Notes: generated by a model from the letters alone, not told the origin. 64,000 bases of DNA from Psammoneis japonica (GCA_008632985.1 QPGO01000183.1:1-64000); one strand, 5' to 3'; shown: positions 1 through 12,340, counted from the stretch's first letter. Numbers and translations are program-made.

Positions 1-244
1 GATCACTGTCGACGCGCAAAACTCTGTGCAGTTCTGCATGTTCCTTCACACGTGCCCACACTGTTCCGCCAAAACCGTGCAGTGTCAGTGCACGTTGGTG
101 AAGAGCCGCATGGACGCGTGATGCATGGGGAGGAGTGCAACATGCAGCTGCCAATGAGAGCCAATGTGTCACGGCGACGTGTTGCAGCCTTTAAATGTCA
201 CAAAGGGTGTGACAAAAACAACCTTTTGTCTGCATGCATGCTGC

Positions 245-2860
245 ACAATGGGCCATTGGCTCAGCTTGCCCAGCCAAACTTCAGGTCAGGACCACTTGCA
301 GGACTGTTGGAATGGTGACGGGGTAATTTGTTTGCCAAGCTTCAGGTCAAAACCACTTGCAGGACTGTCGGGATGGTGAGGGGGTGATTTGTTTGCATGT
401 CGACCTCAGGCGTGCAGCCACCGTGGGTCAACAGGCAAGATCCAAAGCTGCGCGCCCTGGAAAAAGCAACAAAAGTCAACAACGGGCCATTGGCTCAGCT
501 TGCCCAGCCAAACTTCAGGTCAAAACCACTTGCAGGACTGTTGGGAGGGTGACGGGGTGATTTGTTTGTGTGTCGACCTCAGACATGCAGCCATGGTTGG
601 TCAACAGGCCACATCTGAAGCCGCGCGCCCTGGAAAAAGCAGCAAAAGTCAACAACGGGCCATTGGCTCAGCTTGCCCAGCCAAACTTCAGGTCAAAACC
701 ACTTGCAGGACTGTTGGGAGGGTGACGGGGTGATTTGTTTGCGTGTCAACCTCAGGCAAGCAGCCATTGTGGGTCCGTGGGCAAGATCTGAAGCCGCGCA
801 CCCCAGGAAAAAGCAGCAAAAGTCAACAACGGGCCATTGGCTCAGCTTGCCCAGCCAAATTTCAGGTCAAAACCACTTGCAGGACTGTTGGGAAGGTGAG
901 GGGGTGATTTGTTTGCATGTCGACCTCAGGCGTGCAGCCGCTGTGGGTCAACAGGCCAGATCTGAAGCTGCGCGCCCAGGAAAAAGCAACAAAAGTCAAC
1001 AACGGGCCATTGGCTCAGCTTGCCCAGCCACGTTTCAGGTCAAAACCACTTGCAGGACTGTTGGGAAGGTGAGGGGGTGATTTGTTTGCATGACAACCTC
1101 AGGCATGCAGCCATTGTGGGTCAACAGGCCAGATCTGAACACGCGCACCCTGGAAAAAGCAACAAAAGTCAACAACGGGCCATTGGGTCAGCTTGCCCAG
1201 CCAAGTTTCAGGTCAAAACCACTTGCGCGACTGTTGGGAAGGTGAGGGGGTGATTTGTTTGCATGTCGACCTCAGGCATGCTGCCATTGTGGGTCAACAG
1301 GTCAGATCTGAAGCCTCGCGCCCTGGAAAAAACAACAAAAGTCAACAACGGGCCATTGGCTCAGCTGGCCCAGCCAAGTTTCAGGTCAAAACCACTTGCG
1401 GGACTGTTGGGAAGGTGAGAGAGTGATTTTCTTGCGTGCCAACCTGAGGCGTGCATCCGCCGTTGGTCAACAGGCCAGATCTGAAGCCGCGCGTCCTGGA
1501 AAAAGCAGCAAAAGTCAACAACGGGCCATTGGCTCAGCTTGCCCTGCCACATTTCAGGTCAAAACCACTTGCAGGTCTGTTGGGAGGGTGAGGGGGTGAT
1601 TTGTTTGCATGCCGACCTCAGGCAAGCAGCCATTGTGGGTCAACAGGCCACATCTGAAGCTGCGCGCCCTGAAAAAAAAACAACAAAAGTCAACAACGGG
1701 CCATTGGCTAAGCTTGCCCAGCCAAGTTTCAGGTCAAAACCACTTGCGGGACTGTTGGGAAGGTGAGAGAGTGATTTTCTTGCGTGCCAACCTGAGGCGT
1801 GCATCCGCCGTTGGTCAACAGGCCAGATCTGAAGCCGCGCACCCTGGAAAAAGCAGCAAAAGTCAACAACGGGCCATTGGCTCAGCTTGCCCTGCCACAT
1901 TTCAGGTCAAAACCACTTGCAGGTCTGTTGGGAGGGTGAGGGGGTGATTTGTTTGCATGTCGACCTCAGGCATGCAGCCACTGTGGGTCAATGGGCAAGA
2001 TCTGAAGCTGCGCACCCTGGAAAAAACAAAATCAAAAGCATGCTCAGCTGCCAGAATCAGTCAAAACCCTTGCAGACTGTTGGGAAGGTGAGGGGGTGAT
2101 TTGTTTGCATGTCGACCTCAGGCGTGCAGCCGTTGTGGGTCAACAGGCTAGATCTGAAGCTGGGCACCCTGGGAAAAGCAACAAAAGTCAACAACGGGCC
2201 ATTGGCTCAGCTTGCCCAGCCAAATTTCAGGTCAAAACCACTTGCAGGACTGTTGGGAGGGTGACGGGGTGATTTGTTTGCATGTCGACCTCAGACATGC
2301 AGCCATTGTGGTCAACAGGCCAGATCTGAAGCCGCGCGCCCTGGAAAAAGCAACAAAAGTCAACAACGGGCCATTGGCTCAGCTTGCCCAGCCAAGTTTC
2401 AGGTCAAAACCACTTGCGGGACTGTTGGGAAGGTGAGGGGGTGATTTGTTTGCATGTCGACCTCAGGCATGCAGCCATTGTGGGTCAACAGGCCACATCT
2501 GAAGCCGCGCACCCTGGAAAAAGCAACAAAAGTCAACAACGGGCCATTGGCTCAGCTTGCCCAGCCAAATTTCAGGTCAAAACCACTTGCAGGACTGTTG
2601 GGAAGGTGAGGGGGTGATTTGTTTGCATGTCGACCTCAGGCATGCAGCCATTGTGGGTCAACAGGTCAGATCTGAAGCCGTGCGCTCTGGAAAAAGCAAC
2701 AAAAGTTAACAACGGGCCATTGGCTCAGCTTGCCCAGCCAAATTTCATGTCAAAACCACTTGCAGGACTGTTGGGAAGGTGAGGGGTGATTTGTTTGCAT
2801 GTCGACCTCAGGCGTGCAGCCATTGTGGGTCAACAGGCCAGAACTGAAGCAGCGCGCCCT
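245..2860 (+). repeat. 173-bp tandem satellite array, left segment (~15 monomers)
   Basis: Monomer GGGCCATTGGCTCAGCTTGCCCAGCCAAATTTCAGGTCAAAACCACTTGCAGG...AAAAGTCAACAAC recurs; equivalent ORF starts are 173 bp apart (1020/1193). The consensus has no TA dinucleotide. Confidence 0.97.
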
Positions 2861-3291
2861 TCCCTGTGTGTGTGCTGGGCGCTGAAAAAGAAGATGTGTT
2901 GCGACTTTGTCGTTGTGAAAATTGTGAGCCAGTTTAGAGCAGAGAAAATGGGATCGTGCGAATGGGGAATCTTGCCAAATCCCCATTCGTTCGCATTTGG
3001 ATCGCATCAAATCGATCGTGCGCTCGCACTGTGGATCGTGCGAATCAAGCCATCACGCACCATGCACGAGTGATGTCATCGTGTGGAATCACGCTGCCAT
3101 TGTGGGCCAGACGACGAGCCAGTGTGCTTTGCACGGATGCTCTCTCAGCATCCTTCTGGAATTGCCCAAGACCTGGAGCCACGCCCTCCTGTGGTCGTGC
3201 TTCCCAGGTGCGTGTCAACAATGCTGCGTTGCCACGCACAAGAGGCTCATGCACGGTCTCGCCTGGTTGTCCAGCAGCGAGGCACACTGCA
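2861..3291 (-). repeat. gypsy 3' LTR
   Basis: Aligns with 7251-7686; starts TG on the minus strand right after the PPT. Its distal end appears a few bases short. Confidence 0.9.
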
Positions 3292-3299
3292 CACTCCCC

Positions 3300-4980
3300 C
3301 ATGATCAGGGCTGTCAAGTGACAGGATGTCTTGCTGGTGACAGGGTGCAATCTGCTGCAGATTGTGCACATCTGTCAGCGCTCCGTTCTGGACACGCAAC
3401 GCGCCATTGTCATGTGCACGGACAACTCTGGCGGGTCCTTCACAGCTGTCAGAACCGCATTTAGAGGATTGTTCCTGTTTGACAAGCACCAACAGCCCTG
3501 CGTCACATTGATGCTCCTTGCGTTTCTGATTTTCACGCTTGTTGTTTAAGTTGACAAGCTTCTGCTTTCTGGTTTCCATGCACTTCCACTTGGCACGATG
3601 GGCAACAGATGAAACCACATCGCGTCCGAAGACCAATTGCATGGGACTTGCATGCGTGGTCGCAGGCCCCATGCACCGCAGCTCTGGTGTCGAAGGCCAC
3701 TGCGGAGAGGATGCCACTCCATGGGTCATCTTCGTCCAGCTCCATGTCCTGCACTGAAAAGGAACGTACCATGTTACCAAGTGTCTGGTGCACACGTTCC
3801 ACTGTGGCATTCGCCTGTGGATTCCGTTCACTTGTGGGTTTCTTCAAAATCCCACAGTCATTTTTAATCATCTGGCTAAATTCTGCCATAAATTCTGTCC
3901 CACGGTCACAAACCACCTGGGTTGGCCACGGACATCTGCACAGCCACGTTTGTTCCACGACGTTTGCTGCGATGTCTGCGCGTTTCGTAGACACTTCTTC
4001 AATCTCGAACCACCCGGTTGCTGGGTCAATCATTGTGACTGCCCACAATTGCAAAGTGTCCTTTCCGCGTCTTTGAATTTTGTGTGGCCCCATCATGTCC
4101 ATGCATGGAGTCTCCCATGGAATTATCTCTGCGATCTTTTCTGGCAGCTTCCCATGATGCTGCGTTCGGCGTTTTGTCTTCTGGCATCGATCGCTCTCAA
4201 TGCACGTAGAATGCACCGTAGACCTCATGCCAGGCCAGCAGAAGTGCTGGGCAATGGACATTTCCGCACGTGTCTCACCTGGATGACACAGTGTCTCGTG
4301 GTGCCATTCAGTTGGCGGAACCTGCAATGACTGTGGTGCTGCGATTTTGTCTTTATGACAGATCAACTGTCGTGATGACCCTCCCCCACGATGTGCGCGA
4401 ATGGAGCAGTCAGACGAGTCCTTGGCTCGTGAGAGCAGGCGCTTGTCCTTTTGTTGTGCCTTTTGAATGCGCTTGAAGCTAATGGGCAGAGATGCCTCAT
4501 CTTGCGCATCTGCATTAAATGCTTCATGCAAAGGACGACTCGATGGAGTGTCTTTTGCATCCGGATTGGCCTCGGAAGGCAAGCTGGGTGCCAGCCGAAG
4601 GCAACTAAGAGCGTCAGCGACTGGGTTGTGGGTGCCCTTAACATGGCGTAATTCGGGACCGCATTCTTTGCATGTCAACCGCCAGCGCATGACGCGCTCG
4701 GTGTTGAACACTTTGCACGTAAGATTTTTATGATCAGTGTGCACAATTGTGCGATGACCAAGGAGAATCGTTCGAAATTCTTTCAACGTCTCCACAATGG
4801 CGAGCAATTCTCTCTCCGTTGTTGCACAATTTAATTGCGCACTGTTGAGCTTTCTGCTGTAAAAGGCGATGGGTTTATCATCTTGGGATGTGGCTGCTCC
4901 CAATTGACATTTAGAGGCATTGGCATGTATCTCAAAGGGTTCATTAAAATCAGGATGTGATGACAAAACATCATCCGACA
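3300..4980 (-). pseudogene. pol: gypsy pol RNase H + integrase, frameshifted near the 3' end, Tyr-depleted
   Basis: Motifs FYSRKLNSAQ..TERELLAIVETLKEFR, TDHKNL, NPVADALS, HHETLCHPG, IDPATGW, CDRGTEF, NPQANATVERVH. The C-terminal SPMQLVFGRD is in another frame. Confidence 0.92.
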
Positions 4981-4999
4981 TGGTTGGGGTTGGGGTTTG
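4981..4999 (-). repeat. 19-bp telomere-like insertion in gypsy pol
   Basis: Minus strand CAAACCCCAACCCCAACCA; removing it restores the in-frame reading ETVKRV-M-SDDVL. Confidence 0.7.
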
Positions 5000-5335
5000 T
5001 CACCCGTTTGACGGTTTCGAACGCCTCGTCTTCAACGGATGTCCACTCCCACTTGACGGTCTCACTTGCGAGTCGTGTTGGCGGAGCCAAGACTTCAGAA
5101 CGTCTAATCCACGTGTCACGGTGGCAGTTCACCATGCCAATGAATGAGCGCAGGTCGCGTTTGTTGGTTGGGGTCGCGATTCGCTTAATGGCGTCGACTT
5201 CATTGGGTGTTGGTGGCATTCCGTCTCTGTTGACCAGATGACCCAAGTGTTCTAATTGGGTTTGACAGAAATGAGATTTAGTTGCGTTAACTTTTAGTCC
5301 TGCTTTCTGGACCCTCAATGAAACTTCTTCAAGTT
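5000..5335 (-). pseudogene. pol: gypsy RT C-terminal remnant; the RT core is deleted
   Basis: KAGLKVNATKSHF..LEHLGH, LRSFIGMVN, RRSEVLAP, WEWT. Upstream it joins directly to EPHHAR, with no YxDD region present. Confidence 0.85.
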
Positions 5336-7191
5336 TGACGAGCGTGGTGTGGTTCTACACCCTCCTTGAGTTGGACATGGCAGGGTTCTCCCTTCCATTC
5401 TCCTGACATCCCATCAAATGAGGACTCATGGCGTTTCAACAGTGCCAAAAGGTCGTTTTGTTGAACTGCAGAAAGTCCCAATGCCCCTCGCGTTGTGTCC
5501 TTGAGGCAGGCCGGCGCGTGCTTGGCGTCTGAAATGCACGAAATCCGGTCGGTTTCCAAAGACAAGGCTTCTGGATCTTGAAGATAGAAGGAGGTTTCTA
5601 CCGTAGCATCTGCGTGCCTCATTGGCACTTCTCCATTGACTGATGGCCACTCCATCATCTGTTCAGAGAAGACAACATCAATGCCTTGTGTCTCCAGAAT
5701 GTCACGTCCAACAATCACATCGTGCTTGCCCAACTTTCCATTGTGCGCGTGGACGGCATGTTTAAGTTCTGCAGTTTCGGACAATTCTGGCAACCGAAAT
5801 TTAACGGTGCAGTCGTCAGACGCACTGAACGAGCCTGCTGCCGTGGTCCAGTTTGTCTCAGCCGTTGAATGGCTTCGCAGACGTATGCAGCATCGACTGT
5901 CGAGTGGAGTGCTGCTGGCGCCACTGTCCAGCAGTGCCTTGATGGTTTGAGTCTTGCCCTTGCCATGTTCAGTGTTCACAGCTGCAAACAAGATTGGAGT
6001 GAGATGAGTCTTTTTAACTCGTTTGCGGGATTGGCCCACAACACGTGTACAATGGCAATTCAGTTGTTCATTTGTGCATTCATCCAATGTGTTGAAACTG
6101 CCTGCATCGTGTCGGCAAGTGTCCGAATCTTCGGAATCACTTGGGTTGAGGTCGCGGAAGTGATTGAGCTCCTCCTCGCGTGCCTTGCGCTTTTTCTGAG
6201 CGTTGGCAAAGAACTCCTCGACCTTCGATCCGATGAGAGCATTGATGTCTTCCTCATTCCGAGGTTTTGCATTGGGCTTGCTGCCTCCGTCATTGGAATG
6301 TCCAGTCTTGACACGTTTCACGTGGTGCTTGAGCTGACGGCAATCCTCCGTATGATGTCCACAGTTAGTCCCGTGCAGCACACACGACTTCTGGGTGTTC
6401 CGTTGGGTCGTGATCAACGACTCAGGATTGTCCGTTCTATGTCCCCGCTCACGTGGAACCTTGGTGTGTTGGTCCAGGTTACCTTCGGCAAGCTCGACCT
6501 GCTCGATGCGCTTGCAGAACTGTGCAAATTCGGCGATGGCATGCGCCAACGGGTCAAAATTCTGTAGCGTCATGAACTTCTGCCATGCGTTCGGCACACC
6601 GCACTCGAACATGTCGCACAGTTCATCATTGGGTGGTGGTGCCGGTGCTTCTCCATCCTCCATCACGGGTGGAAACTGAGAGACATGGCCGTTAATTTCA
6701 ACAGCCCTCGCGACGTGGTCACGAGCAGAAACCTCTGCGGGCTTGCGCATGAAGCGCCTCAGATGACGCTTCTGCAACAGCACCGCCCCATGTGGGAAGA
6801 TACTTTCCTTTAGCTTCGCGACGCATGCTGCGTACGTAGCGTTGGTTTGAGATGCCTGCTTGTCAGCGGCATCATTGAATGACGTCAGAGCATCGCCCTG
6901 TAGCAGGTCACGCACAAGGGCAAATTTCGCTGGCCCGGTCGTCATGTTTTGTCCTTCGTGCACGCGATCCACGTTGCGCAGAAAGATTGGGAGTGTCTCG
7001 CATGTAGCCACAGAAAGGTGCGGGATGCCCATCTCGTGCATTGGACCATCCGGATCAGCAGGGTTGTTACGTAGCTTGAACGTCTGGCACTCGCCCTGCT
7101 GCAGCTCTTTCTTCTCCGGCCGTGCGAACGGAATCGGCGGCTTGATCCGCTTCTTCATGGTCGTTTTGAGATTTGTCGGTCCCACCAACAT
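5329..7191 (-). pseudogene. gag: gypsy gag + aspartic protease + start of RT
   Basis: 620-aa ORF with Zn-knuckle-like CVLHG..GHHTEDC, protease LLDSGAS and IVGRD; only 2 Tyr. Confidence 0.88.
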
Positions 7192-7250
7192 TTCGTAGTT
7201 TCGTTTCTGTAGATTTCGTCACCTCGCACAACATGCGGGAGCAACATTGC

Positions 7251-7686
7251 TGTGCCCCATGCATGCACCAGGCGCTGAAAAAAGAAGATGTGTTGCAACT
7301 TTGTCGTTGTGAAAATCACGAGCTAGTTTGGAGTGGAGAAAATGGGATCGTGCGAACAGGGAATCTTGCCAAGTCCCCATTCGTTCGCATTTGGATCGCA
7401 TCAAATCAATCGTGCGTTCGCATTGTGGATCGTGCGAAATCAAGCCATCACGCGCCATGCATGAGTGATGCCATCGTGTGGAATCACGCTGCCATTGTGG
7501 GCCAGACAACGGGCTGGTGTGCTTCACACGGGTGCTCTCTTAGCATCCTTCTGGAATTGCCTGAGACCTGGAGCCATGCCCTCCTGTGGTCGTGCTTCCC
7601 AGGCACGTGTTGACAATGCTGCGTTGCCACGCACAAGAGGCTTGTGCACGGTCTCGCCGTGTTGTCCAGCAGCGAGGCATGCTGCA
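7251..7686 (-). repeat. gypsy 5' LTR
   Basis: TG...CA termini; direct repeat of 2861-3291. Confidence 0.9.
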
Positions 7687-9877
7687 CCCTGGAGAAAGCA
7701 ACAAAAGTCAACAATGGGCCATTGGCTCAGAATGCCCAGCCAAATTTCAGGTCAAAACCACTTGCGGGGCTGCGAGGAAGGTGAGGGAGCCATTTTCTTG
7801 CATGCCAACCTGAGGCGTGCATCCGTTGTTGGTCAACAGGCCAGATCTGAAGCCGCGCGCCCTGGAAAAAGCAGCAACAGTCAACAACGGGCCATTGGCT
7901 CAGCTTGCCCAGCCAAATTTCAGGTCAAAACCACTTGCAGGACTGTTGGGAGGGTGAGGGGGTGATTTGTTTGCATGTCGACCTCAGGCATGCAGCCATT
8001 GTGGGTCAACAGGCCAGATCTGAAGCTGCGCACCCTGGAAAAAGCAACAAAAGTCAACAACGGGCCATTGGCTCAGCTTGCCCAGCCAAATTTCAGGTCA
8101 AAACCACTTGCAGGACTGTTGGGAAGGTGAGGGGGTGATTTGTTTGCATGTCGACCTCAAGCATGCAGCCATTGTGGGTCAACAGGTCAGATCTGAAGCC
8201 GCGCGCCCTGGAAAAAGCAACAAAAGTCAACAACGGGCCATTGGCTCAGCTTGCCCAGCCAAATTTCAGGTCAAAACCACTTGCAGGACTGTTGGGAAGG
8301 TGAGGGGGTGATTTGTTTGCATGTCGACCTCAGGCGTGCAGCCATTGTGGGTCAACAGGCCAGATCTGAAGCTGCGCGCCCTGGAGAAAGCAACAAAAGT
8401 CAACAATGGGCCATTGGCTCAGCATGCCCAGCCAAATTTCAGGTCAAAACCACTTGCAGGACTGTTGGGAAGGTGAGGGGGTGATTTGTTTGCATGTCGA
8501 CCTCAGCATGCAGCCATTGTGGNNNNNNNNNNNNNNNNNNNNNNNNNNNNNNNNNNNNNNNNNNNNNNNNNNNNNNNNNNNNNNNNNNNNNNNNNNNNNN
8601 NNNNNNNNNNNNNNNNNNNNNNNNNNNNNNNNNNNNNNNNNNNNNNNNNNNNNNNNNNNNNNNNNNNNNNNNNNNNNNNNNNNNNNNNNNNNNNNNNNNN
8701 NNNNNNNNNNNNNNNNNNNNNNNNNNNNNNNNNNNNNNNNNNNNNNNNNNNNNNNNNNNNNNNNNNNNNNNNNNNNNNNNNNNNNNNNNNNNNNNNNNNN
8801 NNNNNNNNNNNNNNNNNNNNNNNNNNNNNNNNNNNNNNNNNNNNNNNNNNNNNNNNNNAAAGCAACAAAAGTCAACAACGGGCCATTGGCTCAGCTTTCC
8901 AGCCAAATTTCAGCTCGAAACCACTTGCAGGACTGTTGGGAAGGTGAGGGGGTGATTTGCATGCATGTCGACCTCAGGCATGCAGCCATTGTGGGTCAAA
9001 AGGCCAGATCTGCAGCCGCGCGCCCTGGAGAAAGCAACAAAAGTAAACAACGGGCCATTGGCTCAGCTGGCCCAGCCAAACCTCATGTCAAAACCACTTG
9101 CAGGACTGCTGGGAGGGTGAGGGGGTGATTTGTTTGCATGTCGACATTCAGGCATGCAGCCGTTGTGGGTCAACAGGTCAGATCTGAAGCCACGCGCCCT
9201 GGAAAAAACAACAAAAGTCAACAACGGGCCATTGGCTCAGCTTGCCCAGCCAAATCACAGGTCAAAACCACTTGCAGGACTGTTGGGAAGGTGAGAGAGT
9301 GATTTTCTTGTGCGCCAACCTGAGGCGTGCATCTGCCATTGGTCAACAGGCCAGATCTGAAGCCGCGCACCCTGGAAAAAGCAGCAAAAGTCAACAACGG
9401 GCCATTGGCTCAGCATGCCCAGCCAAATTTCAGGTCAAAACCACTTGCAGGACTGTTGGGAAGGTGAGGGGGTGATTTGTTTGCATGTCGACCTCAAGCA
9501 TGCAGCCATTGTGGGTCAACAGGTCAGATCTGAAGCCGCGCGCTCTGGAAAAAGCAACAAAAGTTAACAACGGGCCATTGGCTCAGCTTGCCCAGCCAAA
9601 TTTCATGTCAAAACCACTCGCAGGACTGTTGGGAGGGTGAGGGGGTGATTTGTTTGCATGTCGACCTCAGGCATGCAGCCACTGGTGGTCAACAGGCAAG
9701 ATCTGAAGCCGCGCACCCTGGAAAAAGCAACAAAAGTCAACAACGGGCCATTGGCTCAGCTTGCCCAGCCAAACTTCAGGTCAAAACCACTTGTGGGACT
9801 GTTGGGAAGGTGAGGCAGTGATTTTCTTGCATGCCAACCTCAGGCACACAGCCATTGTCATGGGTCAACAGGCCACA
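7687..9877 (+). repeat. 173-bp satellite array, right segment, spanning the assembly gap
   Basis: The same monomer resumes in register after the TSD; equivalent ORF starts at 7905/8078/8251. Confidence 0.96.
8523..8858. other. assembly gap (336 N) inside the satellite
   Basis: Run of N with satellite on both sides, so the true array length is unknown. Confidence 1.
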
Positions 9878-10227
9878 CAGGAAATGGGAACCCCCCAAGA
9901 TGATGATCATCATGAGGGACCCTTTTGTCAGGCCATGCCGGCTCTCCCCACATCCTTCCACCACATCTTGCAGAGGGGTTGTTTCTCAACTTGAGGGTTT
10001 TCCATTGCAGCTGCAACATCTCGGGGTGTCTCCATGTCGGTGCACCACCCTTGACCAGTTGTCCCGTGACATCACAATGCAATGTCCAACATTCTTTGTC
10101 CGTGTGATGTCAACCTCATGTTGTGACATCAGATTGCATCCTCATGACAGAATGACGTCACAACATGATGTCAGTTTTCTGCCTCCGCAATGAACTGATC
10201 TAGCTCGACCAGGTGACTGTGCTGGTT

Positions 10228-10413
10228 TGAACAAATGCTGACACACTGTCATGGACACAGGCAGTGTAAGTGCTGTTGGCAATTGGTCCACTCTGTTGCT
10301 CAATTGGTGGCCCCGGTGGCACAACATCTCACAATTCTAGAACCTGTTGATGCTGTTCAACACTCTGTCTTGTCTTGCACCCAATTCTCAGCTGTCATGG
10401 CAGCATTTGTTCA
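10228..10413 (+). repeat. copia 5' LTR
   Basis: Aligns with 16109-16292. Confidence 0.92.
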
Positions 10414-10426
10414 CTTTGTCAGAGCC
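10414..10426 (+). promoter_or_regulatory. probable primer-binding site (initiator tRNA-Met type), mutated
   Basis: CTTTGTCAGAGCC directly after the 5' LTR resembles the common copia PBS TGGTATCAGAGCC, with TA->TG. Confidence 0.55.
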
Positions 10427-10879
10427 AACGCACCATGATGTTCATCGCCTGGAATGGGCATCGCGAACGGTGCGACGGCATCATTGCGATCAATCGATTT
10501 TTGCGGCAAGCGCCATGTTGGTCCCATGGTTGCTCGCGCAATCGCTGAGTCCTTTGCATGTGTCAACATTCATGGATGTGAACGACATGCTCTTGGAGAC
10601 CAGAGCTGTGATCCGTCAGACATGACGTTGGCACACGAAATGTTTGATCACGTGGATGGAACATGTTGGCTAAGACATGCAAACATTCGTGACAAAGACA
10701 ACATGATGATTTGTGCATTGAGGTCTGTCATTTGATCACACACATTTCATTGGTCAAAATGCGTTGTCAAATTGTTCAGACACTGTGCATGTGGACACAT
10801 GTCTGTTGGACATCATTGCTTGGGGGTGACACCGAAACGAGAACCACACATTTTTCTCACTTTCCTCCACTCACACAAG

Positions 10880-12340
10880 TGGATGCTCATGCGTCGAAAC
10901 GCGAACAACCATTGACACACCATGGCCACTGCTGCAGCCTTTACCGCCTGTCTTGCGCATTGTGGATGCAATGCACAGACGCGTGCCTGCACAGCCCACC
11001 AAGGCTTTGCTGTGATCGAGGACCTGGAACAGGTCCCTTTGACAGAAATTGCCGACATGACTGAGGGTGTTATGAAGAGCGTGGATGCCGCCACCAACCC
11101 CCAAGTCCACTTTCCACACCTGGCGAATCGCAAGCTCAAGGCACTGCGCGCATGGATTGACTGCCGCAGAGCTCGGAATCAAGAGCCGACCGCTGCTCTC
11201 TTCGCTGGCGACGTCATTGGAACGTGGACGGCACGTCTGACGGAACTGGAGCAATTCAAGTCCGCCGACTTGGACGACGAATCGGCTGCCAAAATGGCCG
11301 TGGAGCTCAAGAACCTGTACGACTGGCCCACCTTCCAAGAGCTGCTGGAGGCCGAGCTGCGTCACCACCACAGTGCCGTCACCGGAGTGCCCCTCATCCA
11401 CCCAATTCGGGAACATGAAGATGTCACCGCCGAGATGTTGGCTGCCACCCACACTGCCATTGACGAGGACCTTGTTGCCACTGCCCGCCTTGCAGGAGCT
11501 CAGCATGCAGGACAGGCAACGACTGCATGATCTCTTGAAGAAGCCAGTGATGGGGGGGCCCGGATGGGCTTTTGTCAAACCTTCCAATCGCAATCGCGAT
11601 GGTCGCACTGCCTTCTTCACACTTGAGAGGCAGGCAGAGGGATCGGCTGCCGCCACCACCAGGAAGAACCGTGCTTGCGCACAGATTGCTGCCGCGAAGT
11701 GCACCGGACGGGGTCGATTTACCTTTGACCAGTGCATTCAGCGTCATCAAATGGCTCACAATGACTTGTCTGAGCTGGACAAACCGGCAGCCGAGACCAA
11801 GAAGGTCTCTGACTTTCTGAAGGGTGTCTCCGACCCCAGGTTGGAAACTGGCAAGAGCACAGTGGATGGAGACCCAAGAAGCTAGCGGATTTCGAGGCAT
11901 GCCAGCAGTGTGTGAAAACTCTGGTCGAGAATGCCAAGAACCGCAACGCTGACACTCGCGGGATTGCATCCGTCCAATGCCGCAACAATCGGCGTGCCAA
12001 CCCTGGTGGGAAGCACCAACCTAAGAAGGACAAGCCCAGGATCCGGGCAGGCCATTGTCCCATTGAAGAGTGGAGTGCTCTTGACGGTCCCGAACGAGAG
12101 CAAGTCCAAAAGCTCCGCGATGCCAAGAAGGCCAAAAAAAAGTGCAAAGCTGCTGCTGCGTCCTCGGAGGCTGAGTCGGTCAATGCTGAAACTCGCGCTG
12201 TGAAGAAAGCAGCCATTGCCGAGCCCACTGCTCAACCTGCTGATGCACCAAAAGACTCCAAAGAGCCTGGTGAACCTGCCGCCAATGCAGGCACCCAGTT
12301 CGGTCGCAGTGCGCATGAGAAACCTCAGAAGGAGGACTGA
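10880..12340 (+). pseudogene. gag: copia gag, broken by frameshifts
   Basis: Consecutive ORF pieces (10922-11530, ~11520-11885, 11912-12340) with CoDi-gag-like motifs GVPLIHPIR, RDGRTAF, KKVSDFLKGVSDPRL. Confidence 0.75.

Larger units (their letters stand above)
2861..7686 (-). mobile_element. Ty3/gypsy LTR retrotransposon, defective, inserted in the satellite
   Basis: Two ~430-bp LTRs, candidate 4-bp TSD CCCT (2857-2860 / 7687-7690), domain order gag-PR-RT-RNaseH-IN on the minus strand, and a polypurine tract (minus strand GGGGGAG) next to the 3' LTR. Confidence 0.95.

Noticed and set aside
3090..3112. Short match between the LTR (GCTGCCATTGTGGGCCAG) and the satellite (GCAGCCATTGTGGGTCAA)
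   Set aside because: Too short to infer shared origin, especially in composition-biased DNA.
8406..9128. ORFs spanning poly-X
   Set aside because: Artefacts of the N gap.
245..9877. Repeated 67-135-aa ORFs in the satellite
   Set aside because: They are translations of the 173-bp monomer in shifting frames, with no coding features.
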